Assembly: GCA_002189035.1 (NCBI GenBank)
Contig: NEEC01000008.1
Location: 2,418,001 to 2,482,000, forward strand
Length of the DNA: 64,000 nucleotides
DNA from: Utricularia gibba
Lineage: Eukaryota; Plantae; Magnoliophyta
Direction: 5' to 3'
Shown here in pieces: positions 27,225 through 39,290 of this stretch. The notes under the pieces are model-generated. The model was not told the DNA's origin, did no database searches, and saw only the letters and a program-made list of their open reading frames with translations. Position 1 is the stretch's first letter. Every line of letters starts with the position of its first letter. A program made the translations under genes and the position numbers.

Positions 27225-28169
27225 ATCTTCACTCTTCTCACCCACCTTCCTTGATAACCCTTTACACCATTAGTATCTCTGCGACAGAAGATATTCCATT
27301 TGATTGTCTTCTCCTGCCGAGGACTGTTGAGGTGGCGAGCTTACAGTCAAACCACTGACACCTTCCGAAATTGCCCCACAGAAAGTTGCCTGTAAGCTTC
27401 AGCTTCTTATTCTGATGGAATTGTATTCCATGGTGCTCCTATCAGTTATTGCTAATCTTCTCTTGGGGCAAGTGGAACTCTGGGCGGATGCAGAAGCACT
27501 TGTATATAGTATGTGTAAATTAGCTTTCTTTTTTTCTGGGGTCTCCCTCCTTTTGAGATTGTACATGGCAGCTTCTTCTCTTAGCTTCCTTAACCGCATG
27601 CAACCTCATCCATCAGTTTTGAGATTTATTTCCATTCCTAGTGTGAAATCATTGGAAAAAGAAAAAAACTGGACTTCTCAGGGGGGGAGCAGTTTCAATT
27701 TCACTGTTACTTTTCCAGATTCCTTATTGGGGTAGAAGCTCATCTGTCACTCTTTCTGGCATTTCAATATGATGGGGCTGCTCATCATCAACACCCACTA
27801 AGCAATATATCCACCTCAAATGAAACTCCGGGAAGATTGGACAATATCCCCATGTACGGACGTGTGTGCTGCGTCTGGTTTTTTTCTTTCTGTGAGTGGA
27901 TCCCCTTTGGCATAGCAGATTTTGAAACTGATTTTTATTGTGATTAAAGGGTAGCTTTTGGACAACTCCATCCAATAGAATTAAAATCTCACGAACAGTC
28001 TGTAGAGGAAGAAGCATTGTCATTTGATTATTCTGATGACATCTTTAGAATCAAACCTTCACATCCAATTCGATTGAAATGCCTTTTTTTTCTTCAAAAA
28101 CATGTAAAGATTTATTTTTTTTTGGTGTGATTCTTTACTTTTTTTTCAAAGAAAGGGCGCCGCTGTGAG

Positions 28170-29986
28170 ATGTACCGAATGCCTGCTCTCCATTTGCATT
28201 TCAACAGGAACGGCGCCTTCACTGCTGGGAGCAGAATCAGGTACTCGTCTACGTGTTCTCGCTTCAAGACAGAGATCCGTCATGCCACCCTTTTAAAAGA
28301 TGGAACCATTGAGATCCCACATTTTTGTAACTACTTACTTACCCTGTATATGGACACTCGGCATTCAGATTCTGTAGGGAAGCTGTTCGACGAAATTACT
28401 CAAAGAGATGTTAGAACTTGGACGATTCTCATATCGGGTTTGTCCAGACGGGGGCATTACTTGATTGCCCTGGACTACTTTCGTCAGATGATGGCGGAAG
28501 GAAGGGTTGTCCCAATGCTTTTACTCTGTCGAGTTTGCTCAACTGTTGCTCTTCTCTAGAAAGGGGGTGGCGATGGGGGAAGGCGGTTCATTGCTGGATT
28601 ATCAGAAATCCAATTGGTGTTGATGTTGCATTAGAAAATGCGCTTCTTGATCTGTATGCTAAATTCAAAGGTTTCCATTATTTGAAACGGTTCTTTGAAC
28701 TAATGGAGGATAGAGATTCAATATCTTGGAATATTGTGATGGCCGCGGAGATAAGCAGAGGTGCAGTGGAAGATGCTCTTCGTTTGTTTTGGAGGTTGCC
28801 ATCCAAAACAGTTTCAAGTTGGAATACTATGATTGATGGGCTTCTGAAACATGGATTTGAGATAAAGGCTTTGGAGCTTCTCCACGACATGGTAAAAGCT
28901 GGAACCGCTTTTGATCATGTCACGTACTCGACGTCGTTGGCTTTAACCGCTTCACTACAGAATCTGCAACTAGGGGCACAGATTCATTGTCGTGTGCTTA
29001 GAAATGGGATTCATGATGATTCATTTGTACATACCGCACTTATTGACATGTACTGCAAATGCAGGGAAATGGGGAAGGGTTCACTGATTTTTCAAGAATC
29101 AAAAGGAGGGTTGGGATCCAGTCATGATTTAATGACAGAAACTATTTCTCGAAGTGCACTTGTTGCAGGATATGTCCAAAATGGTATGGTAAATGATGCC
29201 TTGAAGTGCTTCAACTCCATGATTCATGAACAGCAGGAAATCGAACTCTTTACATTTACTAGCATTCTTGTAGCCTCATCTCATGCTGCTTTATTGGAGC
29301 TTGGTGAGCAGATTCATGCTCATACAATGAAGTCTGGGGACATTCAAGATATCATATTGTCTGCATCCATGATTGACATGTATGCCAAATGTGGAAAACT
29401 GGGCAATGCCTGGTCCTTTTTCAGACAAACTCAATCAAGGAATGTTGTGCTCTGGAGCGTGATGATATCCAGCTATGGAGTGCACGGCCGTGGAGTAGAA
29501 GCAGTTCAGCTGTTTGAGTTAATGAGAAACAAGGGGATTAAGCCAAATGAGGTCAGTTTCCTGGGACTTCTCACAGCTTGTAGCCATGCTGGTTTGGTTA
29601 AAGAGGGCTGCAATTACTTCAAAATGATGATAGATATGTGTGGTATTCACCCAGGCATAGAGCATTTTCTCTGCATGGTAGACCTTTTGGGCCGTGCTGG
29701 TCACTTGAAAGAAACGGAATACTTCGTTTATGCGAATGGGATCCACCATTTAAGACAAGTGTGGAAAGCTTTTTTGTCAAATTGCTGGCTTCATAAGAAT
29801 GTTCAAATGACTAACTGGATCTCAGAGAAAATTCTTGCACTGGAGGGGCGGGTGATCCATCCCAATCCTGATTCCGACTCCCCAAAATATGTTTTGGAGG
29901 AAGCAGCTAAGTTATGTGATCACATGCTGCAAAATGGAGTTGTAAAACACCCGGGCCAATCGTGGATCTATTTAAAGAACACCTGA
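28170..29986 (+). CDS. PLS-class pentatricopeptide repeat protein ending in an E-domain motif, with an apparent 1-nt deletion
   Basis: Repeated motifs such as RDVRTWTILISG, ALLDLYAK, DSISWN, ALIDMYCKC, MIDMYAKCG and HFLCMVDLLGRAG; ends KHPGQSWIYLKNT*. The two ORFs join as GRVVPNAFT with +1 C at 28511-28513. Confidence 0.92.
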
Positions 29987-30612
29987 ATTGTTGTAATAAC
30001 ATTTTATGGGAATGAAGAACGCTGGGAGGAGGAAACTCCATGATGAACTTGGCGTCAACAACTGATGGCTTTCTCCGGTTGGAGCGTAGTCTCTACAAAG
30101 CGCCGTCAGAAGGAAGATGGGAGAGTACTAGTGTAAGAAGTGCTGTGATCCTCTCTTCTCCCATGATTCCCCTTTTCCCAGTGTATTGGCTGATGACATT
30201 TTAATTGATGAAACACTGGATTGTCTTCCGTTCATCGTCCAGGAAGTGAAGCTGCAGCGAACCCCGAGAAGGTAGCCTAGCCGCTGGTGATACGTGAACC
30301 CAGAGCAGTTGAAAGAGCATTTGAGGAACGCAGTGCCGTTGAGGAGGATCTGAAGCTCCTCCCCTGGTTCTGTTAGTTGCAGACAACTTCAAGTGATGGG
30401 ATCACGTTGAGAAACAGCCAACATGGAAGCCATTCATCAGCTATCCTAACAACACGATCCATTGACAGACATTTTCATCATTGCAGACGAGAGTTATGTT
30501 CGATGCTACTGTGGGCATTGCATTGCTGCTGCGATACCATCGGTATGTTCCAGTACAGTACCATGATCAGATGTTGGGACTCAACTACAACATGAGGAGA
30601 AGGATGGTGAAC

Positions 30613-31584
30613 CTAAGGGAATGTAACAACAGTAACAGTGCTGCAACCTGAGGTTGTAGCAGCACTTTTTACTTCAAGTCCCTTTCTTCGGCTCGGAGAT
30701 GCTGTGCTGCTTGCTGCTGATTCGTAGCGCCGTAAGGAGATCACAGGGGAAATGAGAGGTTTGAAGAAAAGCAACGCCATGATGAGGAAAACATAGAAGG
30801 TTGTCCAGACGTACAGCGTCCATTTCCACATGTAAATCAGGTTCTTTGTCCAGGGGAGCCTCGACTCCACGACGAGATGCGCCTTGTACAGCTCCGGGAG
30901 GAACGAAGTACCGGAGCGCGGCAGTAGAGTAACCTGAATGAAGTCCGTCCGTGGATGGTTTACTTCTCTGTGCTTTAAGATGGAGACACTCATCATCTGC
31001 GTCTCGCTGGTCAACCCCAGGAACAAAGGTACGCCCATGAAAAATGTTCGCAGGACTCGAATGGGCCAGCTTGTGAACTTCAAGATGCAGGGCTGGCTTG
31101 ATTTCGCCACCCTTTCGCCGCTTCCTGAAATTATTTCACCGGTCACCTGCAACAGAGAGGTTACCTATTTGTTCGAGCTTCAGTTCAATGGAGGGTTGTT
31201 CATTCATTGACTCACCTGAAACATGCCCAGGTCAGTATTGTAGTCTGATTCGGGCAAGAGAAGAACTAATGAGGCATGGATGGTTTGCCCGACGGGAACT
31301 CCTCCGATGACAGGAGCGACGGCGGAAGGACGGGGTTCCGAGTAGTCAAACTGCAGAGGCTGCCTGAATTGAACGGGTTCTTCCACCAAGTACCTCAACA
31401 GCAACACGGCCAAAACGGCAGCCGTAACCAACGCCATGATAAGCACCATCAAGACATACGCCGCCGCGAGTACACCGACGGCGATCCTCCCGATGAGATC
31501 AAACGGCTGTGATTTCCGGCGGGAGAGGATTGAAGATAAGAATGATAATTTCAGGGGGGAGAGCGACGAGGATCCCTGATCCAT
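30613..31584 (-). CDS. SEIPIN1: Seipin (lipid-droplet biogenesis), 2 exons
   Basis: MDQG start at 31584, an N-terminal transmembrane segment, VEEPVQFRQPLQFDYSE, LLLPESDYNTDLGMFQ|VTGE, KSSQPCILKF, PELYKA..SRLPWTK and a second transmembrane segment. Confidence 0.9.
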
Positions 31585-31664
31585 TCCGTGAAACCAATCA
31601 AGTTCCAGTCCCCTGTGTTTGAAATCAAAGGAAACAGATGGATGTGGCGCCGGCCGGCCGGACG

Positions 31665-31740
31665 CATGCAGACGTGCCCACCCGGACACGAACGGGACAC
31701 GTGGTGCACGAACTCCTTCGCACCAAGACACGTACGTGCA
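31665..31740. promoter_or_regulatory. RY element plus ACGT/G-box cluster upstream of SEIPIN1
   Basis: CATGCA at 31665-31670, GACGTG at 31671-31676, CACGTG at 31698-31703 and ACACGTACGTGCA at 31728-31740, all within about 160 nt of the ATG. Confidence 0.5.
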
Positions 31741-32572
31741 GTGTACAAACAAAAAAAGAAGAAAAACCCTTATTGGGCTACATGTTCTCAAATGCAGAGG
31801 CCTGAGGTCCAAGGTATGTCTTTTATAAGTGGGCCACATTCTTATTGGGCTGAGTTAGCCTTCAGCCCGTTACTAACAACCCCCACCCCTTGGGAAGTGG
31901 GAAGCGAGAACCGATCGGATGCGGGGGCGGGCATGGACCGCACCGGGACTGGGAGCTTCTTCTGCAGTCACCACGATAAAAATATCTGTTCAAAGCGGTA
32001 TGAACGCATGCCCATTTCTCAGCCAAACAAATCTGCATTCGTTCGAGGTAGGCTGATACGGTCTTTTTTCGACCACTGGTTTTTTCGCGGGGAGGATTTA
32101 TATTATTTTACTCTAGTCTTGCATCTCGGCAAAATCTTGAGGATTATTGCGTCACTGATTACGTTGGATGATCTTCTTGATATCTTTTTCGGGGTCGCAG
32201 AAATTTTTCCAGAATGGGTTTGAGTTGGAGATTTTCCAGGAATTGCTGTGTAAATGAAAGCAGCTCAGGTGGCAGAGAATTTTTCCGTGAACAAATATTG
32301 TTGTTACTTCGATTTAGTTTCCTGTCTTCGATATGTGTAGGCTGTGGTTTCTGATTCTGTCGATAAAATTAAGTTTTTGAGGTTTCACTGAGCAGTCAAG
32401 TTCTCACAATCATGATCATGTGTCTTGCAGGAATAACTTATGGGAGTTGTAGTGGAGAAGACTTCTATCTTCTTTGGCAAAGTAATTAGGGATTGAAAAG
32501 TTCTTTCCGCTAAGAAGCATTCAGTTGTCCCCTTTGACGTATAATTGGGTTTTTTCTCTACAAATACCGAGG

Positions 32573-34983
32573 ATGAGTTGGACCAGAAGATTTTTTAAGG
32601 TTTCTGATTGTGAAAATGAGCCCGGAAGTTCATATGAAAATGTGCCTCCTGGGTGTCCCGATGGTGATTTTTCACACTGTACAAAGATTAAATCAACTCC
32701 TCAGGAGCGCCTGACCCATGTACTTCCTGGAAAGGCAACATCATTACCCGTATCCCCAGTGAAAATGCTGCTAGCTAGAGAGTGCAACTACAGTGGACGA
32801 GGAAGGTTCTCGAATTCAGATTCCTGTCATGTCTTGAGCCGTTATTTGCCTACTGGTGGTCCTTTCAAGATTGACACGCTGTCTAGTTGTGCATACGTGT
32901 CTCAGTTTTCAGCTGATGGTTCTCTTTTTGTTGCTGGGTTTCAGGTATGTGCTTCTAGTTTTGATGAAGCATTTTAGCTTCTGCGTATAGTTTCGAAGTA
33001 ATTAGCATCTCCATTTTTAAACAGGAGAGTCATATTAGAGTTTACAATGTGGATATGGATTGGAAAGTTAAGAAGGATATTCTAGCCAAGAACTTGAGAT
33101 GGACTATTACTGATACTTGTCTTTCTCCAGATCGCCGTTTTCTTGTAAGAATGTCTTACTTGTTTGCAATCCTTTTATCATGGTTTATTTCTTTGTATTG
33201 CTTCATTTTTAATGTAGGTACTCTGATCTGTTTTTTTTTTTTCATGTACTATATTCAGGTATATTCCAGCATTACACCCGTTGTTTATATTGTTGATGTT
33301 GGATCTGGAACCGAGATTCTCAGGCAAATGTCACGGTCTGTATTTCAATTCTCATCAAGATTTGCATTAGAGAAAATTATGAAAAATGTGCTGAGAAAAA
33401 CTCATAGGTAGATATGCATTGGCTATTTGTATCGCATATTTCATCTGGGAATATTGTCTTGATTTTACTTAAACCAAATTCTCAGGATCAAACTTAACAT
33501 GTCCTGCCTCATATCTACTTCAGGAAATTCATGAAGGTTTAGAATTTTTGTCCGATGGTGATGATTATGGTGATAATTCGTTTGGAATATTTTCTGTCAA
33601 GTTCTCAACTGATGGGCGGGAAATTGTGGCTGCCAGTAGTGATGCATCTATTTATGTCTATGACCTTGAATCTAGAAGGCAAAGTCTCAGAATCCCCGCT
33701 CACAGTGTAAGGTCAATATACGTATTTTCTCCTTGAGCTATTGCTTATGCTGAATAGCTATATTGGATCTGTACATTAAAATGCAGTCAGATGTGAATGC
33801 TGTTTGCTTCGCGGATGAAACTGGAAACGTCATCTACTCAGGCAGTGATGATCACCTATGCAAGGTACCTTTTGTGTGTTTCACCTTTTTTCCTCTCTAA
33901 AATAGTAATTCATATCAACAAGCCGATATCCAGTATTATATGCTCCTCGTACAATTTAGATACAGGGTATTATGTGTAGCTCATAAACTTCATTTCTTAG
34001 GTTTGGGATAGACGCTGCTTTGTCTCAAGAGGCCAAGCTGCTGGAGTTCTTATGGGACATTTAGAAGGCATTACCTTCATTGACAGTCGTGGAGATGGCC
34101 GATACTTCATCTCAAATGGGAAAGACCAAGCCATCAAACTTTGGGATGTAAGGAAAATGTCGTCAAATGTCAATTAGTACGTCAAACTTACTCTTTCTAT
34201 TGATGTATCTTTGCTATCTAGACAAAGTATAAATAGCCAATGTATAAATTTTACAGTTTCCAACTTGTAACACCTATTAGTTTGTTTGTCTTACAATTTC
34301 TATGTTTTCCTTGTGGGTAGCGTATTTAAACGTCAACCTTTGGAATGGGATTACCGGTGGATGGACTTTCCGGAACATGCAAAGAAAATCTGTCATCCTG
34401 ATGACATCTCCATAGGTACCTATAGAGGGCACAAGGTGTTGCGGACTCTCATACGCTGCTATTTCTCCCCGGAATACAGGTAGTGCTTACCCTCAATGAG
34501 AAGCTCGTGGCTTATCTTTCTGACGTTTAGTGTAACTTTTGTGTATTTGGCTGATGAATATTGCAGTACTGGACGAAGGTATATATACACAGGATCAACT
34601 GATGGGTCGGTTTTCATTTATGATGTGGTACGCATATAACCTCATCCATGTTCTTCCTCAACGTCATCGCATTAGCTTTTTTTCCCCACTGAGTGCATCC
34701 ATGTCGAACCCGCATATGGTGTGCTGATGATGGATAAACCTGCATCCTTGGTTTCCTTCCATGACTACTACTCACCTCCTTATATCATGCGCAGTTGACT
34801 GGTCAGCAAGTGGCGAAACTCGACTACCATGAGGATCCAGTAAGGGATTGCAACTGGCACCCATACTGTCCGATGCTGGTGAGCTCATCTTGGGATGGAA
34901 TACTTGCGGCATGGCAGCCTGGACAAAGGGATAACCCAGTGCCGGTGAAACGCACCAGAAGAAGGCGCAGGTTTTTTTACTAA
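32573..34983 (+). CDS. LEC14B: LEC14B / DCAF11 (WDR23)-like WD40 protein, multi-exon, with an apparent 1-nt deletion
   Basis: Exons encode AYVSQFSADGSLFVAGFQ, LRWTITDTCLSPD, FGIFSVKFSTDGREIVAASSD, GHLEGITFIDSRGDGRYFISNGKDQAIKLWD, WDYRWMDFP, YRGHKVLRTLIRCYFSP and VRDCNWHPY. +1 G at 33307-33308 restores SQANVT|EIHEGL. The start codon is uncertain. Confidence 0.9.
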
Positions 34984-35506
34984 GAGGTAAGTCCTCTTCC
35001 ATGAGACGCTGCTGCTACTTGCTACAGAGCTGTTCTTCAGGTGTCAAGCAATAGCTCCAGTTAGCAACCGTATAGGATGCAACAGCCCTCTTCTCCAAAC
35101 AAGGAAATGCCTGCTGCCCATCTATCTATCAGTGTGTGTAGTATATCATAAATAAAATGCTGGTGACAAAATATTGTACAAAACATGACAGAGGAATCTG
35201 GATCTTTGTCTGTGTTTCATATCAGTGAAGGCCTTCTGTGGTAGCCCTCCTGTTTTGATGAGTCTCAAACCCAGAACTGTCAAATCATCTTCATGTCTTT
35301 GGACATGACAAAGCATCTTGTCATGTCCAATCCATGCTTTCTTGTCTAATCCATGGTTCCTCGTGTAATTCTCCTTTGTCGCCTTGCAGCATACTCACAA
35401 CCCTCACAAGCAACATCAACACCCTCAACAAGCAGAAGAACTGCCCTTGTTGTAAAAAATGGACATTGAAGAATTAAATACAAACTCGTAACATATAAAA
35501 TATATG

Positions 35507-35510
<4 letters not shown>

Positions 35511-35541
<31 letters not shown>
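35511..35541. repeat. (TTA)n microsatellite, about 10 units
   Basis: Directly visible run of tattattatt... Confidence 0.9.
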
Positions 35542-36394
35542 TGAACAATTATTACCAGGTTCAAGGAGTATATTGGAAGACATGGGGGCCGCCATAGGGG
35601 ATTTTTCTGCCTGAAAAGGCAAGGCCCGGAATGCTCTTAAAAGGACACTACTTGTACATCCACATCCAATGAATGCGGCGGTGCCGGAAAAGGAAGGCGG
35701 GGACGGAGAAAGGAGGAGTGGGAGTCAAGAAACGTGGGGAGGATAAATAAAATACACCAATAAAATCCCTCTCACGCCCCGCCAGGCGCCACCACAGACA
35801 CGTGATCCACATGGTGGATGATACTCCCCACATGAATGAATAAATAAATAAAAGAATTGGAATAAATTACGTAATTAACATAAATATCCCCGGTCCCCAC
35901 AAGAGACAGAGATTATTAAAATATTACATAGTGGACGGCCAGGGGTTGACCGTGACTTTGACATGTTCGATTGAAATCACACGCCAGCGAAGGAGGGAGG
36001 CTTCTTTCATTTAAACCACGTTTCTAGATAACCCTAATTCCCCATGTGTGATTTATTACCCGAGGAGTTGCATAAACCCTAATTTATTACCGGATGGGGG
36101 GCATAAGCAAACCATGAAATGAAAAGGGGATTTGGGGTTGATTGATTTGACGGAAAATGGGTGTTAAGACAATTCCTCGTCATTTGTGCAGTGTTTAACG
36201 TGGATGCCTATCCAGATTCACAGTTGAAGAGTAAGCTGGAATTTTCTCTTGGTTGCCATTCCATCAAGCAACTTCCTTCTCGCCTTCCATTTCCTTTCGC
36301 TTCTCCTGCTCTGTGTGTGTGTATATATAGCCAAGAGCTGGGGGTGGCTCCAAACAGTTTTGCAAGATAGGGCCAATCGATCAACGGAAATTCG

Positions 36395-37018
36395 ATGGTG
36401 GCCGGGAGCCAGGCGGCCTTCAAGGGCCTGAGCAGTCTCTTCACACATCTTCCCACCGGAACGGTCTTCCTGTTCCAGTTCCTCAGCCCGATATTGACCA
36501 ACAACGGCCAGTGTAGACCGGTGAACAAGATCTTGTCCAGCTCCTTCATCTTCCTCTGCAGCTTATCATGTTTGCTCTTCGCCGTCTCCGATAGCTTCAC
36601 CGACTCCGACGGGAATAAGGTCTTCGGCATCGCCACCAGGACGGGGATGTGGCTCGGGTCCCGGGCGGTGGCTCGAGACGACTTGTATGAATATAGACTT
36701 CGGGCGGGGGATTTGGTGCACGCCTCCTTCTCTTTGATTGTTTTTGGTGCCGTCGCGCTTCTTGACTCCAACATGGTGAACTGCTTCTACCCGGAGTTCC
36801 AGTCCACGCAGGGCATGCTCGTCATCGTCATCCCCACCCTCATCGGAGCCATATCCGGCATTGTGTTCGTCATGTTCCCGAACAAGCGCCACCGACTACG
36901 GTATGCTTTGTACTATTGGTACCTCTATTCATTCTATAACACACACAAAACTAGAGTTCCCCGTCATGAAACCCTCTTTTACGTAAACCCGTACGGCATA
37001 TCGGAATGTGAACTTTAG
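36395..37018 (+). CDS. DMP: DMP (DUF679) membrane protein, DMP2-like; unspliced reading, possibly exon 1 of a DMP-RRM fusion
   Basis: LPTGTVFLFQFLSPILTNNGQC, SDSFTDSDG..GIAT..GMW, YRLRAGDLVHA, LLDSN..CFYP and FPNKRH. The expected GIGY tail is replaced by RLRY. Confidence 0.88.
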   Translation: MVAGSQAAFKGLSSLFTHLPTGTVFLFQFLSPILTNNGQCRPVNKILSSSFIFLCSLSCLLFAVSDSFTDSDGNKVFGIATRTGMWLGSRAVARDDLYEYRLRAGDLVHASFSLIVFGAVALLDSNMVNCFYPEFQSTQGMLVIVIPTLIGAISGIVFVMFPNKRHRLRYALYYWYLYSFYNTHKTRVPRHETLFYVNPYGISECEL

Positions 37019-37109
37019 GCACCGCATTGTATTTATCGTATCGTCCTCCTGCATGAACAATTGTCGTTCCGACGGGCATTCTAATGAACTCTTTGAATTG
37101 TCGTTTCAG

Positions 37110-37623
37110 ATTGAAGCAAAAGGCAGGTGGTGCCTGGACGGTGGAGAGCGAAGAGACGCAGGCACCAGAGATGAAAAAGGAGGAACACGCACCAGCGCAG
37201 GGCGTAGCATTTCATGAACCAGAGGAGCAAACTCCAAGCATCTCCTACTTCGTCACCAACTTCCCCGAACACATGACAGCAAAGGATCTCTGGATCATCT
37301 TCACCAGATGCATCGGTCCCGTCGTGGACGTCACCATCCCCGGCGCCCGGACAAAAAGAGGGGCCCGCTTCGCCTACATCCGCTTCCCCGTACGGTCTCT
37401 AGACGAAGAGCTGGAATGCGCCCGCCGGATTTCCTGCGCCTGGTGGGGCGGCTACAAGTTTGTGGTCTGCCCAGCCCACTCGCAGAGGTACACCGATCAC
37501 TATCATCCGATGCTCATTTCTTGTCCCCCCGAGCCGCCGCCACCGGTGAACCACGCGGCCAGCAGTAATTCTAGGTTGCAGCCCCCGGCGCACCAGCTCA
37601 ACGAGGTTCGTGTTGAAAGATGA
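37110..37623 (+). CDS. RRM-domain exon/ORF resembling the RRM of plant LINE ORF1; own ATG at 37171 or spliced to the DMP exon
   Basis: RNP2-like SYFVTNFPE, then DLWIIF..GPVVDVTIPGARTKRGARFAYIRF (RNP1-like) and CAWWGGYKFVV. No reverse transcriptase or endonuclease sequence downstream. Confidence 0.7.
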
Positions 37624-39132
37624 ACCTCTTCTTCTTCTTCTTTTTTTTTTTTTTAATAATTTTTTGAGAGAAGGTTTGAAATCAAACCAATTCTCTAACG
37701 ACATCCACAATTCATTCATTTTTTTTTAATTTGACATATTTTTTTCTTGTTGCAATGTACATGTTTTATCAACTATTACATTTTTTTTATATTATTACAT
37801 ATTAATCAGTGTCTTACGGTTCAAATCATATTATCGATTGGGTCCATATCGCATCGATTCGACTTTGAAATCCGATTTTGAAAACACATATGCACAATTA
37901 TCTTATCAAATAATACTTCAAAGGCGGCGACAATTACATAAAATGAGACGTGGAAGACTCCCTTATCTAAAAAATTGACCTCCTGGATCAAATAATGTGT
38001 CACTATCCATAATCTTATAATTTTACATTCTTTTTTTAAAAATACTTCGTACAAGACTAGAAGTATTCATCTACCATTTGTCACCAATATATTATATTGT
38101 TACTAGCCTCCTAAGCTCACATAATGGTTATGTCCAAATTCTAGGATTAGGGTTTGGGTTAAAACTAAAATGCTTTCGGTCGATCCGTACATTTCTAACC
38201 GGGAAAAAATATTATTTATTACATAATTTATCTTGTCTGGTGTATAATTTGTTATTTAGAGAATATTATTGAATGGAGATTTAAATTACTTAATGATGAT
38301 ACTCGATGATCCAATGCCTCATTAAAATATTATAAGAAAATTTACACGTATTAATTAATAAAATTACCAATTGAATTTGCAGGTGTGAACTTGGGATTTT
38401 CGTGAATTTCCACGTGTTTCAAAGATAACCCCCGTGTCCGTGTCTAAATCCGTGTCATAGCTTCCGGATCGGGGAATGTATGGCCTGCTGCTTGTTTCAG
38501 GTTCCTTCAACTTCTTTTTTCCTTTTTTAGACGAAAAGTTTGAAGGGGACAACGCACCCACACCCCAAACCTAGAAGCAAGAACCCAAACCATCACGTCT
38601 CGACATGCAAAATAATTATTAATTAATTGATTAAACTTTAGAATATGCTCTGCTTATTCCTCCCTCAAGCATTAAATTCCGAGAAAATCTTACAAAATCG
38701 ATCTATGAAAAAAAAGTAAAGTTAATATTAATTAATTAATTTTTTTCTGCCAATAATTTAAAATTTAATATTAAACTTTGAGTACTTAAATATTTTTTTC
38801 GCATATACGTCTAATTTGATGTTTTTTTAAATGAATGTATAGAACTAAATGATTAAGGGTAGTATAGTAAATAAACACATTAAAACATGTTAAATTGAGA
38901 ATTTTCTGATTATTGATGGTTCTTCTTTTATTTTTCTTTTCTTTTTTTGTGTTAATTTATAGTAAAATGGTCAAGCTGGGTACGGGTCGGATTCAGCGGG
39001 TTATGAGTTGAACCCACCGGGTTGGAAATTGATTTCATGATTCAGTGGGTACGGGTCAACAGGTCATAAAGGACGACCAGTCTCAGGTCATGGGTTGACT
39101 TGGGACAGAGTAAATTGAAGTTATTTAATGTT

Positions 39133-39290
39133 TAAACATTACAATTGTATGTTTATAATGTCTAAGAGAGTCATTGAAGTATTTTATATTTAGTCACTAT
39201 AATTGTATATTTGTAATGTATGAAAGATTTATTGAAACACTTCGATATCTAGACACTACAATTGTACATTTGTGATGTTTAGAAGAGAGC
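39133..39290. repeat. Degenerate tandem repeat, about 59 bp unit x2.7
   Basis: Three copies of a core like ca(c/t)ta(c/t)aattgta..ttt(g/a)t(a/g)atgt spaced about 59-60 nt apart. Confidence 0.6.

Noticed and set aside
27300-28100. ORFs of about 100 aa after the ELL-like gene
   Set aside because: No homology recognised and no coherent exon structure.
29990-30600. Coding-like stretch between PPR and SEIPIN1, considered as a lost DYW domain or extra seipin exons
   Set aside because: No HxE..CxxC or DYW motif and no seipin C-terminal motif in the frames I read.
36015-36130. AAACCCTAA motifs as a telomerase RNA template
   Set aside because: No USE/TATA Pol III promoter or recognisable pseudoknot; these fit common telo-box promoter elements.
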